Assembly: GCA_951406725.2 (NCBI GenBank)
Contig: OX597816.1
Coordinates: 155,372,001 to 155,436,000, forward strand
Source of the DNA: Octopus vulgaris
Lineage: Eukaryota
Length of the DNA: 64,000 bases
Direction of reading: 5' to 3'
Part shown: one piece after another, positions 11,972 through 23,059 of the stretch
Layout: the number at the start of each line of letters is the position of its first letter
How positions within the stretch are numbered: the stretch's first letter is position 1
The notes under the pieces: generated by a model
Told to the model about the DNA's origin: nothing
Seen by the model: the letters and a program-made list of their open reading frames with translations, nothing else
Databases searched by the model: none
Made by a program: the position numbers and the translations under genes

Positions 11972-13537
11972 TCATTTAAAATATTTTAAAGTCTTCAATT
12001 TAGCGTGGACACAAACTTGACCTAGTTCGATATGGTTATTCAATAGGTTTCTATGTTTTCTATGCTTTAGAATTTCATATGTCTCCATGGAGCATAGTTG
12101 ACAACCAACCCTACTATTTTTATACGGAATTGCTCTCCTAACTATTTCCCAATTAAGGTTATAATTTTTATTATTATTTTTGAGTTCCCAGATTTTGTTT
12201 GAAAGTGTGGTGGTACCAGCTTTATGACGTAATTTAAAAGTCGAGATGTGATTTCTAACTCTAGCTAAAAAATTAATTGTACATCCAATGTAACAATATT
12301 TGTTATTCTCCGTGGATATGGTACATTTATAGATTACATTATTTTCCCCACATAGACTAGGTGCCGGGCATTTTGATTTTATTCTACACTTACACACAGG
12401 AGGAACACCTTCAGGATTTGGATTATTCTTGGGTAGATGTTTTAGGTTCCTATTATTTTGATTATCATTTCTATAGTTGGTGCTGATATCTAAAGTATTG
12501 CTATTATTTCTTGATCCTTCTGTTTCATCATTTAGCTCTAAAGTCCTACCATGATTTCTTATATTATTGGTAATGTTAATATTATTGCTAGTCTTTTTAT
12601 CCGACTGCATATTGTTGTTATAGATATCACTAATATTTTCATTCTCCTTATTTTCTCTATTATCCCTATTTCTATTATTTCTATTATTAACATTATTACT
12701 TCTATTAATATCGGCATTGCTATTATTACTATTAATGTTAATGTTATTAGTCATTCTGTGGTTACTAATTTCACCTATGTTTTGATTGTTACTATTGCTG
12801 TTTTTATTGTTGGTAGTATTATTACAATTGCTATTGGTATTCATGCTGATATTATTATTTTTATTTCTATCTTTCCTGGCTAGTTTAATGTTGTTATTAT
12901 TAATCTTAGCGGTATTCATGCTGATATTATTATTTTTATTTCTATCTTTCCTGGCTAGTTTAATGTTGTTATTATTAATCTTAGCTATTAAAGTGGACAT
13001 ATTTGGGAGGGTTGAATAAGAAATCCTAACTGTTTTCCTAGAAATAATTCTATGATATCTATGAGAGATAGGGAAATTTTTTTCCAGAATCACTTTGAAT
13101 TTGTTCTGTATATCCGATTGTATCGCACAGTTGAAAGGAATATTCAGCCATAATATATCTTTTTTATTAAATTTAGGGTTCGTAGAATTATTACTATTCA
13201 TCTCACCGGAGTTATTGTATTTATTACCATTATTTTTATCTTTATTTGTGTGCATCTTAGGTTTATCTACTTCAATATTATCCGAGTTACCTATGTTCTG
13301 GTCAATGTTTCTATTTGAATTGTTGGGCCTGTACGCTAGATTAGCGTTTACCGTTAGTTTAATTCTACTTTTATTTCGGGCTTGGTCTTTATTGCTGCTT
13401 ACATGATTATTGATAACTTCATTATTAGGAATACGTGAGTTCCCCTTATCAACTAATGTAATCTTTTGGTTGTATTTATCGCCTGTGAATATGAAATTCC
13501 TTGGAAATTTACATCTACACCATTGGAAATTGTGCAT
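11972..13537 (-). CDS. Penelope-like element ORF remnant: linker + GIY-YIG endonuclease, RT absent
   Basis: Motifs ILWLNIPF...RISYSTLPNM, CKCRIKSKCP..LC, VIYKC..CYIGCT..ARVRNH, LSNKIWELK, CQLCSME, LLN..CVH. The first ~21 codons, including the ATG, come from the inverted arm. Confidence 0.85.
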   Translation of the reverse strand: MHNFQWCRCKFPRNFIFTGDKYNQKITLVDKGNSRIPNNEVINNHVSSNKDQARNKSRIKLTVNANLAYRPNNSNRNIDQNIGNSDNIEVDKPKMHTNKDKNNGNKYNNSGEMNSNNSTNPKFNKKDILWLNIPFNCAIQSDIQNKFKVILEKNFPISHRYHRIISRKTVRISYSTLPNMSTLIAKINNNNIKLARKDRNKNNNISMNTAKINNNNIKLARKDRNKNNNISMNTNSNCNNTTNNKNSNSNNQNIGEISNHRMTNNININSNNSNADINRSNNVNNRNNRNRDNRENKENENISDIYNNNMQSDKKTSNNINITNNIRNHGRTLELNDETEGSRNNSNTLDISTNYRNDNQNNRNLKHLPKNNPNPEGVPPVCKCRIKSKCPAPSLCGENNVIYKCTISTENNKYCYIGCTINFLARVRNHISTFKLRHKAGTTTLSNKIWELKNNNKNYNLNWEIVRRAIPYKNSRVGCQLCSMETYEILKHRKHRNLLNNHIELGQVCVHAKLKTLKYFK

Positions 13538-13860
13538 CTATACAAAGGATTAATTCACCCTCTCTGTAATGCTAATAAGCAGGAATTGAAACCCACCTCG
13601 TTGTAATTAACAATGGATAAATTTGTCTTCTGTGAGTATGTAATCCCTCATCATATCTCTGGAAATTCATATGTGCACTATGGATTAGGTCACCTCCTCT
13701 GTGATGCTATTAAGACTTTTTTTAAAATTCTGTGATAAGACTGTACATCATCTTTAAAGAACTTTAATGAACTTTTGAAATCTGTTTATGTTACTTAATT
13801 ATCTACATTACTTCATGAGTATAGCCTCAACCACTAGGATGTCTAGAGAACTCACATGTA

Positions 13861-13951
13861 TTTTAGCTGATGAGTACGGGACACGTTTATATGCTGTAAT
13901 TTTTGCAACTTTTAATAAAACCTGTCCTTGTATGAAACGATTGTACTAAAA
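13861..13951 (+). ncRNA. Type I hammerhead ribozyme in the inverted pLTR (host pre-mRNA sense)
   Basis: Stem I TTTTAG/CTAAAA; core CTGATGA at 13867-13873; stem II GTACGGGAC/GTCCTTGTAT with one bulge; GAAA at 13934-13937; short stem III AC(GATT)GT; cleavage triplet GTA ending at 13945. Confidence 0.85.
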
Positions 13952-14307
13952 ACCTATCCATTCTTGTTGCTTCATTCTCGCGTATATATATATATATATA
14001 TAGTGGATGCAGACATACGGAATTTTTACACGTTCACAAAATTCAACCTCTTTCAGTCATTATCAGTTAAGACTTGTCGCTTCAACAAGTAGCAAGATGA
14101 TTTCTAATAATTCAAACTTCCTGTAACGACAGTTTCAGTTTCTAGAAATTATATCAATCGAACATATATATTTGATAAATATATTGTCCGTGCATCGTTA
14201 ACAGTCAAGCAATCACTTCTACCATAAATAGTCTTGCATTTTTCTTTACATGGCGTGTCTATGATAAAACCCATATTTATCTTTTAATCTACTGAATTCT
14301 CTTACAG

Positions 14308-14398
14308 ATCTTACATAATGACTTGCACTTGGGACTCTAATCCAGATGCACGACCGTCGTTCGCAACCATCGTTCAGAAACTCCAATACTGCTATGAG
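14308..14398 (+). CDS. ALK: ALK/LTK-type RTK, kinase-domain exon (subdomain XI)
   Basis: CTTACAG acceptor and GTAATC donor; 91 nt, phase 2/0, compatible with both neighbouring exons. Encodes (I)SYIMTCTWDSNPDARPSFATIVQKLQYCYE, compared with human ALK [31 protein letters not shown] (recalled). Confidence 0.9.
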
Positions 14399-14911
14399 GT
14401 AATCAAGAAAAATTATTGATTAATAAACTTCCTATAGTGATATAATTTTGTCTGTATAGTATTAAATATTTTTCAAGTTTTAGCCCAACCAAATCGATCT
14501 GAGAGCCACCTATTATATATTTTTCAGTTAATTTAGTTTTTAGAAATTTTTATATTTGTTTTGATACTATCTTCGAACATTTGATAGAAAGTTTAGTTTC
14601 GCGAACTAAATTCTTTAACTTTTATCTATCTACGTTCGGAGTTCAAAAGATACAAATGATAAATGATGTGATGTTTGAAAAATCCTCTGAAAATAGAAAA
14701 GAATATATTGCATTCCCTCACACAGGTTGTTTTAATGAAGCTATAATATTTCGGGAAAGATTCCCTCGTTCAGATAGGAGAATGAAAATAAGAGTTTAAA
14801 GAAATGTGCTCTTACCGGCAGGCCATTCTAGTGTTAAAAATGTACGCACACACGCACGCGCGCACACACACACACACACATACACAAACACACACACAAA
14901 CACACACACAC

Positions 14912-14954
<43 letters not shown>

Positions 14955-15301
14955 TATATATATATATATGTATGTAACAGAGAGAGCGTGTGTATGTGTG
15001 TATATGTGCGTGTTTTCGTGTATGTGTGTGTGTATTACTATAGCATGGGAGATATCGATGAAGATGATCACTGTTGCTTGGTAATCTGTAATTCCAATAG
15101 TACTCGAAAGTATTCGATGTTGAAACGAACTTTTAAGCGTGGCGTGAAAAATATAAAAACAGACGAATGGGTTACTTTGTATTGCTACAGTTTGATGTAG
15201 CTAGTTAATACAGTTAGTTAAATTGTGTAATATGTTACGCAATCCACATCAGACAATCTGATAAAACAGGTGACCAACTTGTTGATTCATGGTGCGGGAT
15301 T

Positions 15302-15354
<53 letters not shown>

Positions 15355-15554
15355 GAAGGATAAAATTTATTAATTAATTAATCAATTAACTAATAATTTT
15401 ACCAAGTAGATCGGTACGTTAAAATGACCTTTATAGGTAAAATTGTCCACATAATTATAATAGGGTTCAGCTAATTGCTTTACCACATACAGAATTTAGA
15501 AATAGGAGTTTAAAATTCCTTTTCTGCTACTATAAGAATATCCATGACTGTAAC

Positions 15555-15990
15555 TCTTATCTTTACTCTTTTACTCTTTTACTCTTTTACTTGTTTCAGT
15601 CATTTGACTGCGGCCATGCTGGAGCACCACCTTTAGTCGAGCAACTCGACCCCGGGACTTATTCTTTGTAAGCCTAGTACTTATTCTATCGGTCTCTTTT
15701 GCTGAACCGCTAAGTGACGGGGACCTAAATACACCAACATCGGTTGTCAAGCAATGCTAGGGGGACAAACACAGACACAAACATACACACACACAAACAT
15801 ACACACACACATATATATATACATATATACGACGGGCCTCTTTCAGTTTCCGTCTACTAAATCCACTCACAAGGCTTTGGTCGGCCCGAGGCTATAGTAG
15901 AAGACACTTGCCCAAGATGCCACGCAGTGGGACTGAACCCGGGACCATGTGGTTGGTAAGCAAGCTACTTACCACACAGCCACTCCTGCG
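15555..15990 (-). mobile_element. tRNA-derived SINE with CORE-like CTTGGGCAAGT segment, inserted in a palindromic repeat
   Basis: Head GCAGGAGTGGCTGTGTGGTAAG..GGTTCAGTCCC on the - strand. Homologous copies at 35383-35740 and 57060-57470; partial copies at 39570-39830, 42830-43090 and 54660-54815. Confidence 0.85.
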
Positions 15991-18639
15991 CATATTTTTT
16001 TTAGGAAGGCAAAGAGAAAAACAATGAATCAACAAATATTGTTTTTCTCTTTGCCTTCGTAAAAAAGTATGTTACCGTCATGGAGATTCTTATAGTAGCA
16101 GCAAAGGAATTTTAACTCCTATTTCTAAATTCGGTATGTGGTGAAGCAATTAGCTGAACCCCAATTATATTTATATAAATATATATCTCAATGACAATTC
16201 CAAATTCAACTTCTCCATTCCACCGTTGGCTATTCAGAAACATTCAGAAGTATTAGCAGAGATAAGGATCCCTAGCAATCGAATTGCTAGGGATCCTTAA
16301 AGGATTTAGTCATATCAAAGTGAAGCAAACCACTGATTGGTTAGACAGAATTACGCAAACCGCACAGTCAAATAATCCATTATCATAGCATGGAAGGCAT
16401 CGATGAAAGGCGATCGCTGTTGCTACGTTGTCTGAAATTGTAATACTATCCGAAAGTATCCAACGTAGCTTCTCTTTCCCTTTCACTCTAAAAGTATTAA
16501 TAACGTACTTCCATATTTTCCAGCAAAAAAGTCGAACTTTTCAGACCAGAATTTACAAGCCAAAACCTAGGTCGATTTATACACCAAGAAATGATATATA
16601 AAGCGTGATTTAGGAAAATAATGACGTTGTTTAGATCTTGACACATGTTTACACTATATACTACATCGATTTTTATGACGGGAAAAACGTTAATTATTAC
16701 TGTTTTTTAGCACAAAGTTGGTGCTAATCGATTTGACATGTTTGTGACTTTAGATTGCAATTTGTGAGATCGTTACTGATTAATATTTCCAGTAGATCGA
16801 GAGTATAGAAAATACATTGTTGGATTGATAAAATGCTTATAATACGCTGCAGGTAATACCTCATTTACAACAATTGGGCATTAAGGAGAAATCAATACAT
16901 AAAATCCACAGTTCCTTTCTTTTCTTTTTGTTTCTTTTAAAACATCCAACGTCATTATAAAACGTTTTCAACGTCAGACTCTTAATTATAAAGTATTCTT
17001 AACGCACAAACAACTCGTTCGGCGTATTTATGAATTAATTTAAAGTTTCCTTTGAAATTTTTTAATTTGTAACGAAAATCTCTAGAAGAGATAAAATGCA
17101 AACTCATATGTGATTTTCTTGAACGATTTTTAATCAATATTTAAATATCTTCTTCAAACGAAATTCAATCGGTCCCCGAGATTCTAGACTTCTGCTCATT
17201 TTAACAGAATTAGAGACCTGAAAAGCAAAATCGATCCACGCTACGAGATATCAAATGAGATATCATAAACCATTATTGGGGTGGTGGTGGTGCAATTTTA
17301 TGCCAACCATGTTAACTGCAACTGGATAATTTTCAATATTTCTTTTTTCTTTTTTTTTTCCTAATTTATCAAAGGCAAAACAGAAACATGTAACATTTTT
17401 AACAATGCAGTTTTGAAATTATTAAAGAAATAAAATGTAATAGTTAGTTGTTTTTTTTATTGATTTATTGAAACTATTAAGGCATTTAACTCGTGATTTC
17501 ATTATGATATATTCTAATTAGAGAAAACTGTTTTACTTTACGAGGCAAAACTAAATTTAAATTAGGAGCTTCAAGCAGTTAACACATGTTATTCTCAGGA
17601 TCTAAAGGATTACGTAGAGTAAGTTCGCAGTAGCACATTGATACAAATAATTATTGCTGATATAATATTAGTTTCCTGTTCAGGCACAAGACCAGCAATT
17701 TTTAGAGGAGAGGTTAAGTCGATACTATCAACCCCAGTTGACTGGTACTTTATTTTATTGACCCCAAAGAGAAGGAAGGCAAAGTTGATCTCGGTGAGAT
17801 TTGAACACAAGAATTAAAGAATCGGACAAATGCTGCTAGACATTTTTTCGACGCTGAACCGATTCTATCAATGCGAGTGGATTATTATCGAAAGGGCACC
17901 ACTATATTCACCCGGCACCCCCTAACTACCAGATATTCCTCCGCGAAAAACTCCTTATCGTCTACCAATCCACAGTATCCATCAACAAGAAATATGAGAT
18001 ACTGTATGGCTGCCACCAGAAGTACAACCTTCTGGTAAATTTCAAGCCACTGGCTGGCGACAACCCGGGTATACCATCTTAGTACCAGCCACCCCTAGCA
18101 TTGCTTGCATCAAGGTCACCGTGACAAACTTCATGCCTGGGCACACGCATACTCTCACCCTTTGTACATCACTCCTTGCACATGACCATTCGACTGCACG
18201 TGCGCGCGCATGTGCATGAGAGCTCATATGCACCTGCTCACCGTATGCATGCACACGGATGTGTGTGCGCGGGCGTACATGTACGCCCGTGCGCACTCAT
18301 ATACATGTGCCCCCGTACGTGTGCATGTGTGCATATGTACATGGAGATACAGGTATGTATGCGTGTGTATATGTGTCTGTGTGTGTATGTGTGCGCGTGT
18401 GTGTGGCCGTGTGTGCCATCGTATGTGTGTTACTGTGCGTTTGAGTGCGTGTGTGCACGCACGCGCAGCTGTGTGAATGTACACCTAAGCACACATACAC
18501 ACTCGTATAAGTACGGATGCATGCATGCAGGTATATGGGTATATACATGTACATATATACACCCTCATCTATCGCTCCTTCCTACTTCCCCCAACCACGC
18601 CACTGATGTCTTGTCCACCATGCGGTCGATTTCCTGTTC

Positions 18640-19305
18640 ACCATGCTGTATTCGTTGTCACTAAAAAAACAACATCAAACCGCTATACCACGAGACATTT
18701 CTCGACCAATCACAGGCCCACGTCCAGTAATAAGCATTGACTCTCTTCAATCCAACTCTCATTCAGACTCCAATGGCCGAATACTAGCCACACGCTGGAA
18801 ACTTAAATGGTGTGCGGTTGGCTTTGTAGATTACAGCCCTTGAGATGCAGCTGGTACAGCCCTCCTAGAGTGTAGCTTCTAGGATCTCAGCACCACAGGT
18901 TGAGGTTGGATGTTATGCGGGGGTATGTTTACTTCTGTTGTAGCGTGCAGTGTTAAAAGTGATATTGTCTAAACAGGAATAGCTCAGTTTATCGTTATGG
19001 GAATCGAAAATCTTATAGTTTTTATGGCCCTCGTGGAAATGCATCTTAATCAATTGACAGGAGCACCTAGTTATGTTGGAAGAAACCTCTACGTTAAATG
19101 GATGGTTGATCCTGATTACTGCGTGAATGGAAGTTGGAGGTCCTCCATATACGCTAGCTTCTCGTAAAATCTGCTCCTCGTCAATGCATCATTGTAGTTG
19201 GGGGAGGCTCTGTTGAAGATTTCCTTATCTCATAATCTTAGATATTCCACTGCTAACACCTAAAACTAAATTTCTAATTAGATCGAAGATGGAAACTTGA
19301 GCTTC
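18640..19305 (-). mobile_element. Old, rearranged Naiad-type Penelope fragment
   Basis: The - strand reads LIRNLVLGVS..IS / IFNRASP..YNDALTRS and CISRAVIYKA across frameshifts. 18640-18800 looks like an inverted piece of the endonuclease C-terminus. Confidence 0.5.
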
Positions 19306-19316
19306 TATGTTGTATG

Positions 19317-19350
<34 letters not shown>

Positions 19351-19408
19351 TGTATGTATGTATGTATGTATGTATGTATGTATGTATGTATGTATGTATG
19401 TATGTATG

Positions 19409-19439
<31 letters not shown>

Positions 19440-20238
19440 GTATGTATGTATATAGGTATGTATGTATATATGTATGTTTGTACGCATGTATGTATCCATG
19501 TATGTATGTATGTATGTATCCATGTATGTATGTATGTATGAATGTATGTATGTAAGTATGCATGTATGTATATATGTATCCATGTATGTATGTATGTATC
19601 CATGTATGTATGTATGTATGTATGTATGTATGTATCCATGTATGTATGTATGTATGTATATATGTATGTATGTATGCATGTATGTATGTATGTATCCATG
19701 CATGTATGTATGTATGTATGTATGTATGTATGTATGTATGTATATAGGTATGTATGTAAGTATGTATGTATGTATATATATATGTATGTATGCATGTATG
19801 TATGTATCCATGTATGTATGTATATAGGTATGCATGTAAGTATGTATGTATATGTATGTATGTACACATGTATGTATGTATTCATGTATGTATGTATCCA
19901 TGTATGTATGTATGTATGTAAGTATGTAAGTATGTATGTATATGTGTATCCATGTATGTATGTATGTATGTATGTATGTATGTATGTATCCATGTATGTA
20001 TGCATGTATGTATGTATGTAAGTATGCATGTATGTATGTATGTGTGTAAGTATGCATGTATGTATGTAAGTATGTATGTATGTATGTATGTATGTATGTA
20101 TGTATGTATGTATGTATGTATGCATGTATGTATGTATGTATGTATGTATATATGTATGTTTGTATGTATGTATGTAAGAATGTATGTATGTATGTATGTA
20201 TGTATGTATGCATGCATGTATGTATGTATGTATGTATG

Positions 20239-20269
<31 letters not shown>

Positions 20270-20370
20270 GTATGTATGTATATAGGTATGTATGTATATA
20301 TGTATGTTTGTACGCATGTATGTATCCATGTATGTATGTATGTATGTATCCATGTATGTATGTATGTATG

Positions 20371-20401
<31 letters not shown>

Positions 20402-21150
20402 GTATGTATGTATGTATATATGTATCCATGTATGTATGTATGTATCCATGTATGTATGTATGTATGTATGTATGTATCCATGTATGTATGTATGTATGTA
20501 TATATGTATGTATGTATGCATGTATGTATGTATGTATCCATGCATGTATGTATGTATGTATGTATGTATGTATGTATGTATGTATATAGGTATGTATGTA
20601 AGTATGTATGTATGTATATATATATGTATGTATGCATGTATGTATGTATCCATGTATGTATGTAAGTGTGTATGTATGTATATAGGTATGCATGTAAGTA
20701 TGTATGTATATATGTATGTATGTACACATGTATGTATGTATTCATGTATGTATGTATCCATGTATGTATGTATGTATGTAAGTATGTAAGTATGTATGTA
20801 TGTATATGTGTATCCATGTATGTATGTATGTATGTATGTATGTATCCATGTATGTATGCATGTATGTATGTATGTAAGTATGCATGTATGTATGTGTGTA
20901 AGTATGCATGTATGTATGTAAGTATGTATGTATGTATGTATGTATGTATGTATGTATGTATGTATGTATGTATGTATGTATGTATGCATGTATCCATGTA
21001 TGTATGTATGTATGTATATATGTATGTTTGTATGTATGTATGTAAGAATGTATGTATGTATGTATGTATGTATGTATGCATGCATGTATGTATGTATGTA
21101 TGTATGTATGTATGTATGTATGTATGCATGCATGCATGTATGTTTGTTTG
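19305..21150. repeat. 1.85-kb (TATG)n satellite with a ~0.85-kb higher-order duplication
   Basis: Rare variant words recur at a regular spacing: TTTGTACGCATG at ~19477/20307, TGTACACATG at 19861/20721, TGTAAGAATG at ~20173/21041. Confidence 0.9.
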
Positions 21151-21213
21151 TTTGTTTTTTATGTATATAATGTAATGTATAGTTTGTTAAATGTATTCAT
21201 TCTTTCAATTCAG

Positions 21214-22386
21214 GACCCGAACACGGCAACTTATACTTTACCGACGTTCACATACAACCTTTCAAAAGAAACTTTTGTTGAGCTTCCCGATCTACAAGAG
21301 AACTCCCTTTCTAAAAGAGACACTAAGAAATGTTCTCATCCTTCTTTGTTTTCTGAATCACTTTCTGAAATATCCGAACAACATTCATCGAACAGACAGA
21401 TTAACAATGACAGTAACGAACTCAGTTCTTGCTCGGATGACAACTACAAGAATTCTACTAAAGAGGCCCACCAAGATATTAACGCAGAACAATGTAATCA
21501 TAAAGGTAACCGCCATGTTCCTGGAATACGTTCTTATATCAATTATTTGTACATGAACCAAGAATTACCAGACCCTAAGAATGAGAATATCTCACAGTTT
21601 GACTCCAGAGAAAATACTACTGAAAACCAAGCAGATAAGAATTCTGATAACAACCTTCTTCACAGTCAGCATAATCATAATCATCATCCTACGACTACTT
21701 CTTTTCCATCTCCTACTCCTACCCCTCATACTGATAATCATCATTATCATCTCCAACCGCAACTACAAGACAGTCCACGTCAATCAAATCCACAAAGCCA
21801 GCAACAAAGCCGCACTAGAAGCAGTAGCAGTAGCAGCAGCAGTAGTAACAACATTAACAATCACAATAACAACAGTCACTATCAACAACAACAACCAAAT
21901 ATGCTGGAGTTAATGCAACATGATAGTCTTACTAAAACGTCCGATTTTCAAAATGAGGAAGATAAAACAAACTGTCGGAAACAACAACAAATACAACCGC
22001 AGCAACAGCAACAACAACAACAACAACAACAACAACAGGAGTTACAGCTACAGCAGCAGCTGCAAAACTTAATTGGCCAAGAAGACGATTTGAATAATAA
22101 ACAACAAAATAAAGAACCACCCCAACAACAGCTTGAACAACTTGAAGAAACTGAAGAATATGACCGTTATAATGATGATTCTTTCTCTTTGTCACCTACA
22201 AAGGTACCATTGCTTTCATCCACAGACTCTGATGTAAGTAATTATGAAAACGATAGCTTTCCTAAGAATTCACGCTGCAAAAGTCTCCGAAAATCATCGC
22301 AAAATTCAAACTATATTCCGATGAGAAAGATACAGGATAGCCCAACCGAATCAAAGTACAGCAATTTTGATACAAACTCTATTTAA
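21214..22386 (+). CDS. ALK: Terminal coding exon of the ALK/LTK-type RTK: 390-aa low-complexity C-terminal tail
   Basis: TTCTTTCAATTCAG acceptor, phase 0. Starts DPNTATYTLP (human ALK DPDVINTALP, recalled) and is open for 390 codons to TAA. Contains polyQ, polyS and His/Asn tracts. Confidence 0.85.
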   Translation, partial: DPNTATYTLPTFTYNLSKETFVELPDLQENSLSKRDTKKCSHPSLFSESLSEISEQHSSNRQINNDSNELSSCSDDNYKNSTKEAHQDINAEQCNHKGNRHVPGIRSYINYLYMNQELPDPKNENISQFDSRENTTENQADKNSDNNLLHSQHNHNHHPTTTSFPSPTPTPHTDNHHYHLQPQLQDSPRQSNPQSQQQSRTRSSSSSSSSSNNINNHNNNSHYQQQQPNMLELMQHDSLTKTSDFQNEEDKTNCRKQQQIQPQQQQQQQQQQQQQELQLQQQLQNLIGQEDDLNNKQQNKEPPQQQLEQLEETEEYDRYNDDSFSLSPTKVPLLSSTDSDVSNYENDSFPKNSRCKSLRKSSQNSNYIPMRKIQDSPTESKYSNFDTNSI

Positions 22387-23059
22387 TTAATCAAGTCGTA
22401 GATAAAAGCGATTCTAGCAGTTCAAACTGAAATAACTGCATTGATTAGAAATCGGTTTATCAACGAAATATATTACAACTGGGTGTCATTTCTAAAAACA
22501 AGGAAAAGAAAAAGAAAGAAAAAAAGCTGAAAAAATTAAAGACTTTTAAAGCGGCGGGGAATATAGTATTGTTGTTGTTATTGTTATTACTATGACCATG
22601 TTAGAAATTAATATTTTATGTATTGTTAAAAAATCAATATTATTGTTATTAATACATGATTACATCTTTTTGTTAAAAAAGCGAAACGTGTCCACTAATG
22701 AAAAGATAACAATCAATGAAAGAAATCGAAAGTGAGATAAAAAGCCGGAAACACAAATCACATTTCTTCATTGAAAGCTCAAAGTAATAACCAATCTATT
22801 GTGTGTTCTCAACAAGCATATACCTCCTACGTCAGCATCTTCATTCCAGTATGCATCAAACTTTATGAAACCGTTTTGTATCCTAACCATTCGTGACTTG
22901 CCTCTATTTTGCTTCGGCTTTAATTAGTTCTAACACAATGATGAGTCTAGTGATCTTCAGCCACGTCAGTCATGTCACTTTAAAGAAACCTATCTGTAGT
23001 TTATTTTATGATCTATAATCAACAAATTAAATTGTATTATTATCATTGCTATTATTGTT

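Larger units (their letters stand above)
10262..13982 (-). mobile_element. Naiad-type Penelope-like retroelement, 5'-truncated, with inverted pLTR, inserted in (TA)n
   Basis: GIY-YIG ORF on the - strand, 508-bp inverted arms at 10383-10890 and 13474-13981, hammerheads in both arms, (TA)n on both flanks. Confidence 0.9.

Noticed and set aside
11972-13473. Selenoprotein-type Naiad (in-frame UGA)
   Set aside because: All conserved Cys positions in the visible ORF are ordinary codons and there is no in-frame TGA before the stop. The RT part is missing, so the family cannot be judged.
19225-21175. Many long ORFs (up to 619 aa) of HTYI/MYVC repeats
   Set aside because: Translations of (TATG)n, which lacks stops in most frames. 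The same applies to the poly-L, poly-I, YI and HT ORFs elsewhere.
21052-21213. N-terminal part of the 444-aa ORF
   Set aside because: Microsatellite and intron sequence upstream of the CAG acceptor. Coding starts at 21214.
22372-22386. C-terminal PDZ-binding motif
   Set aside because: The protein ends TNSI. Position -2 is Asn, so it is not a canonical class I motif.
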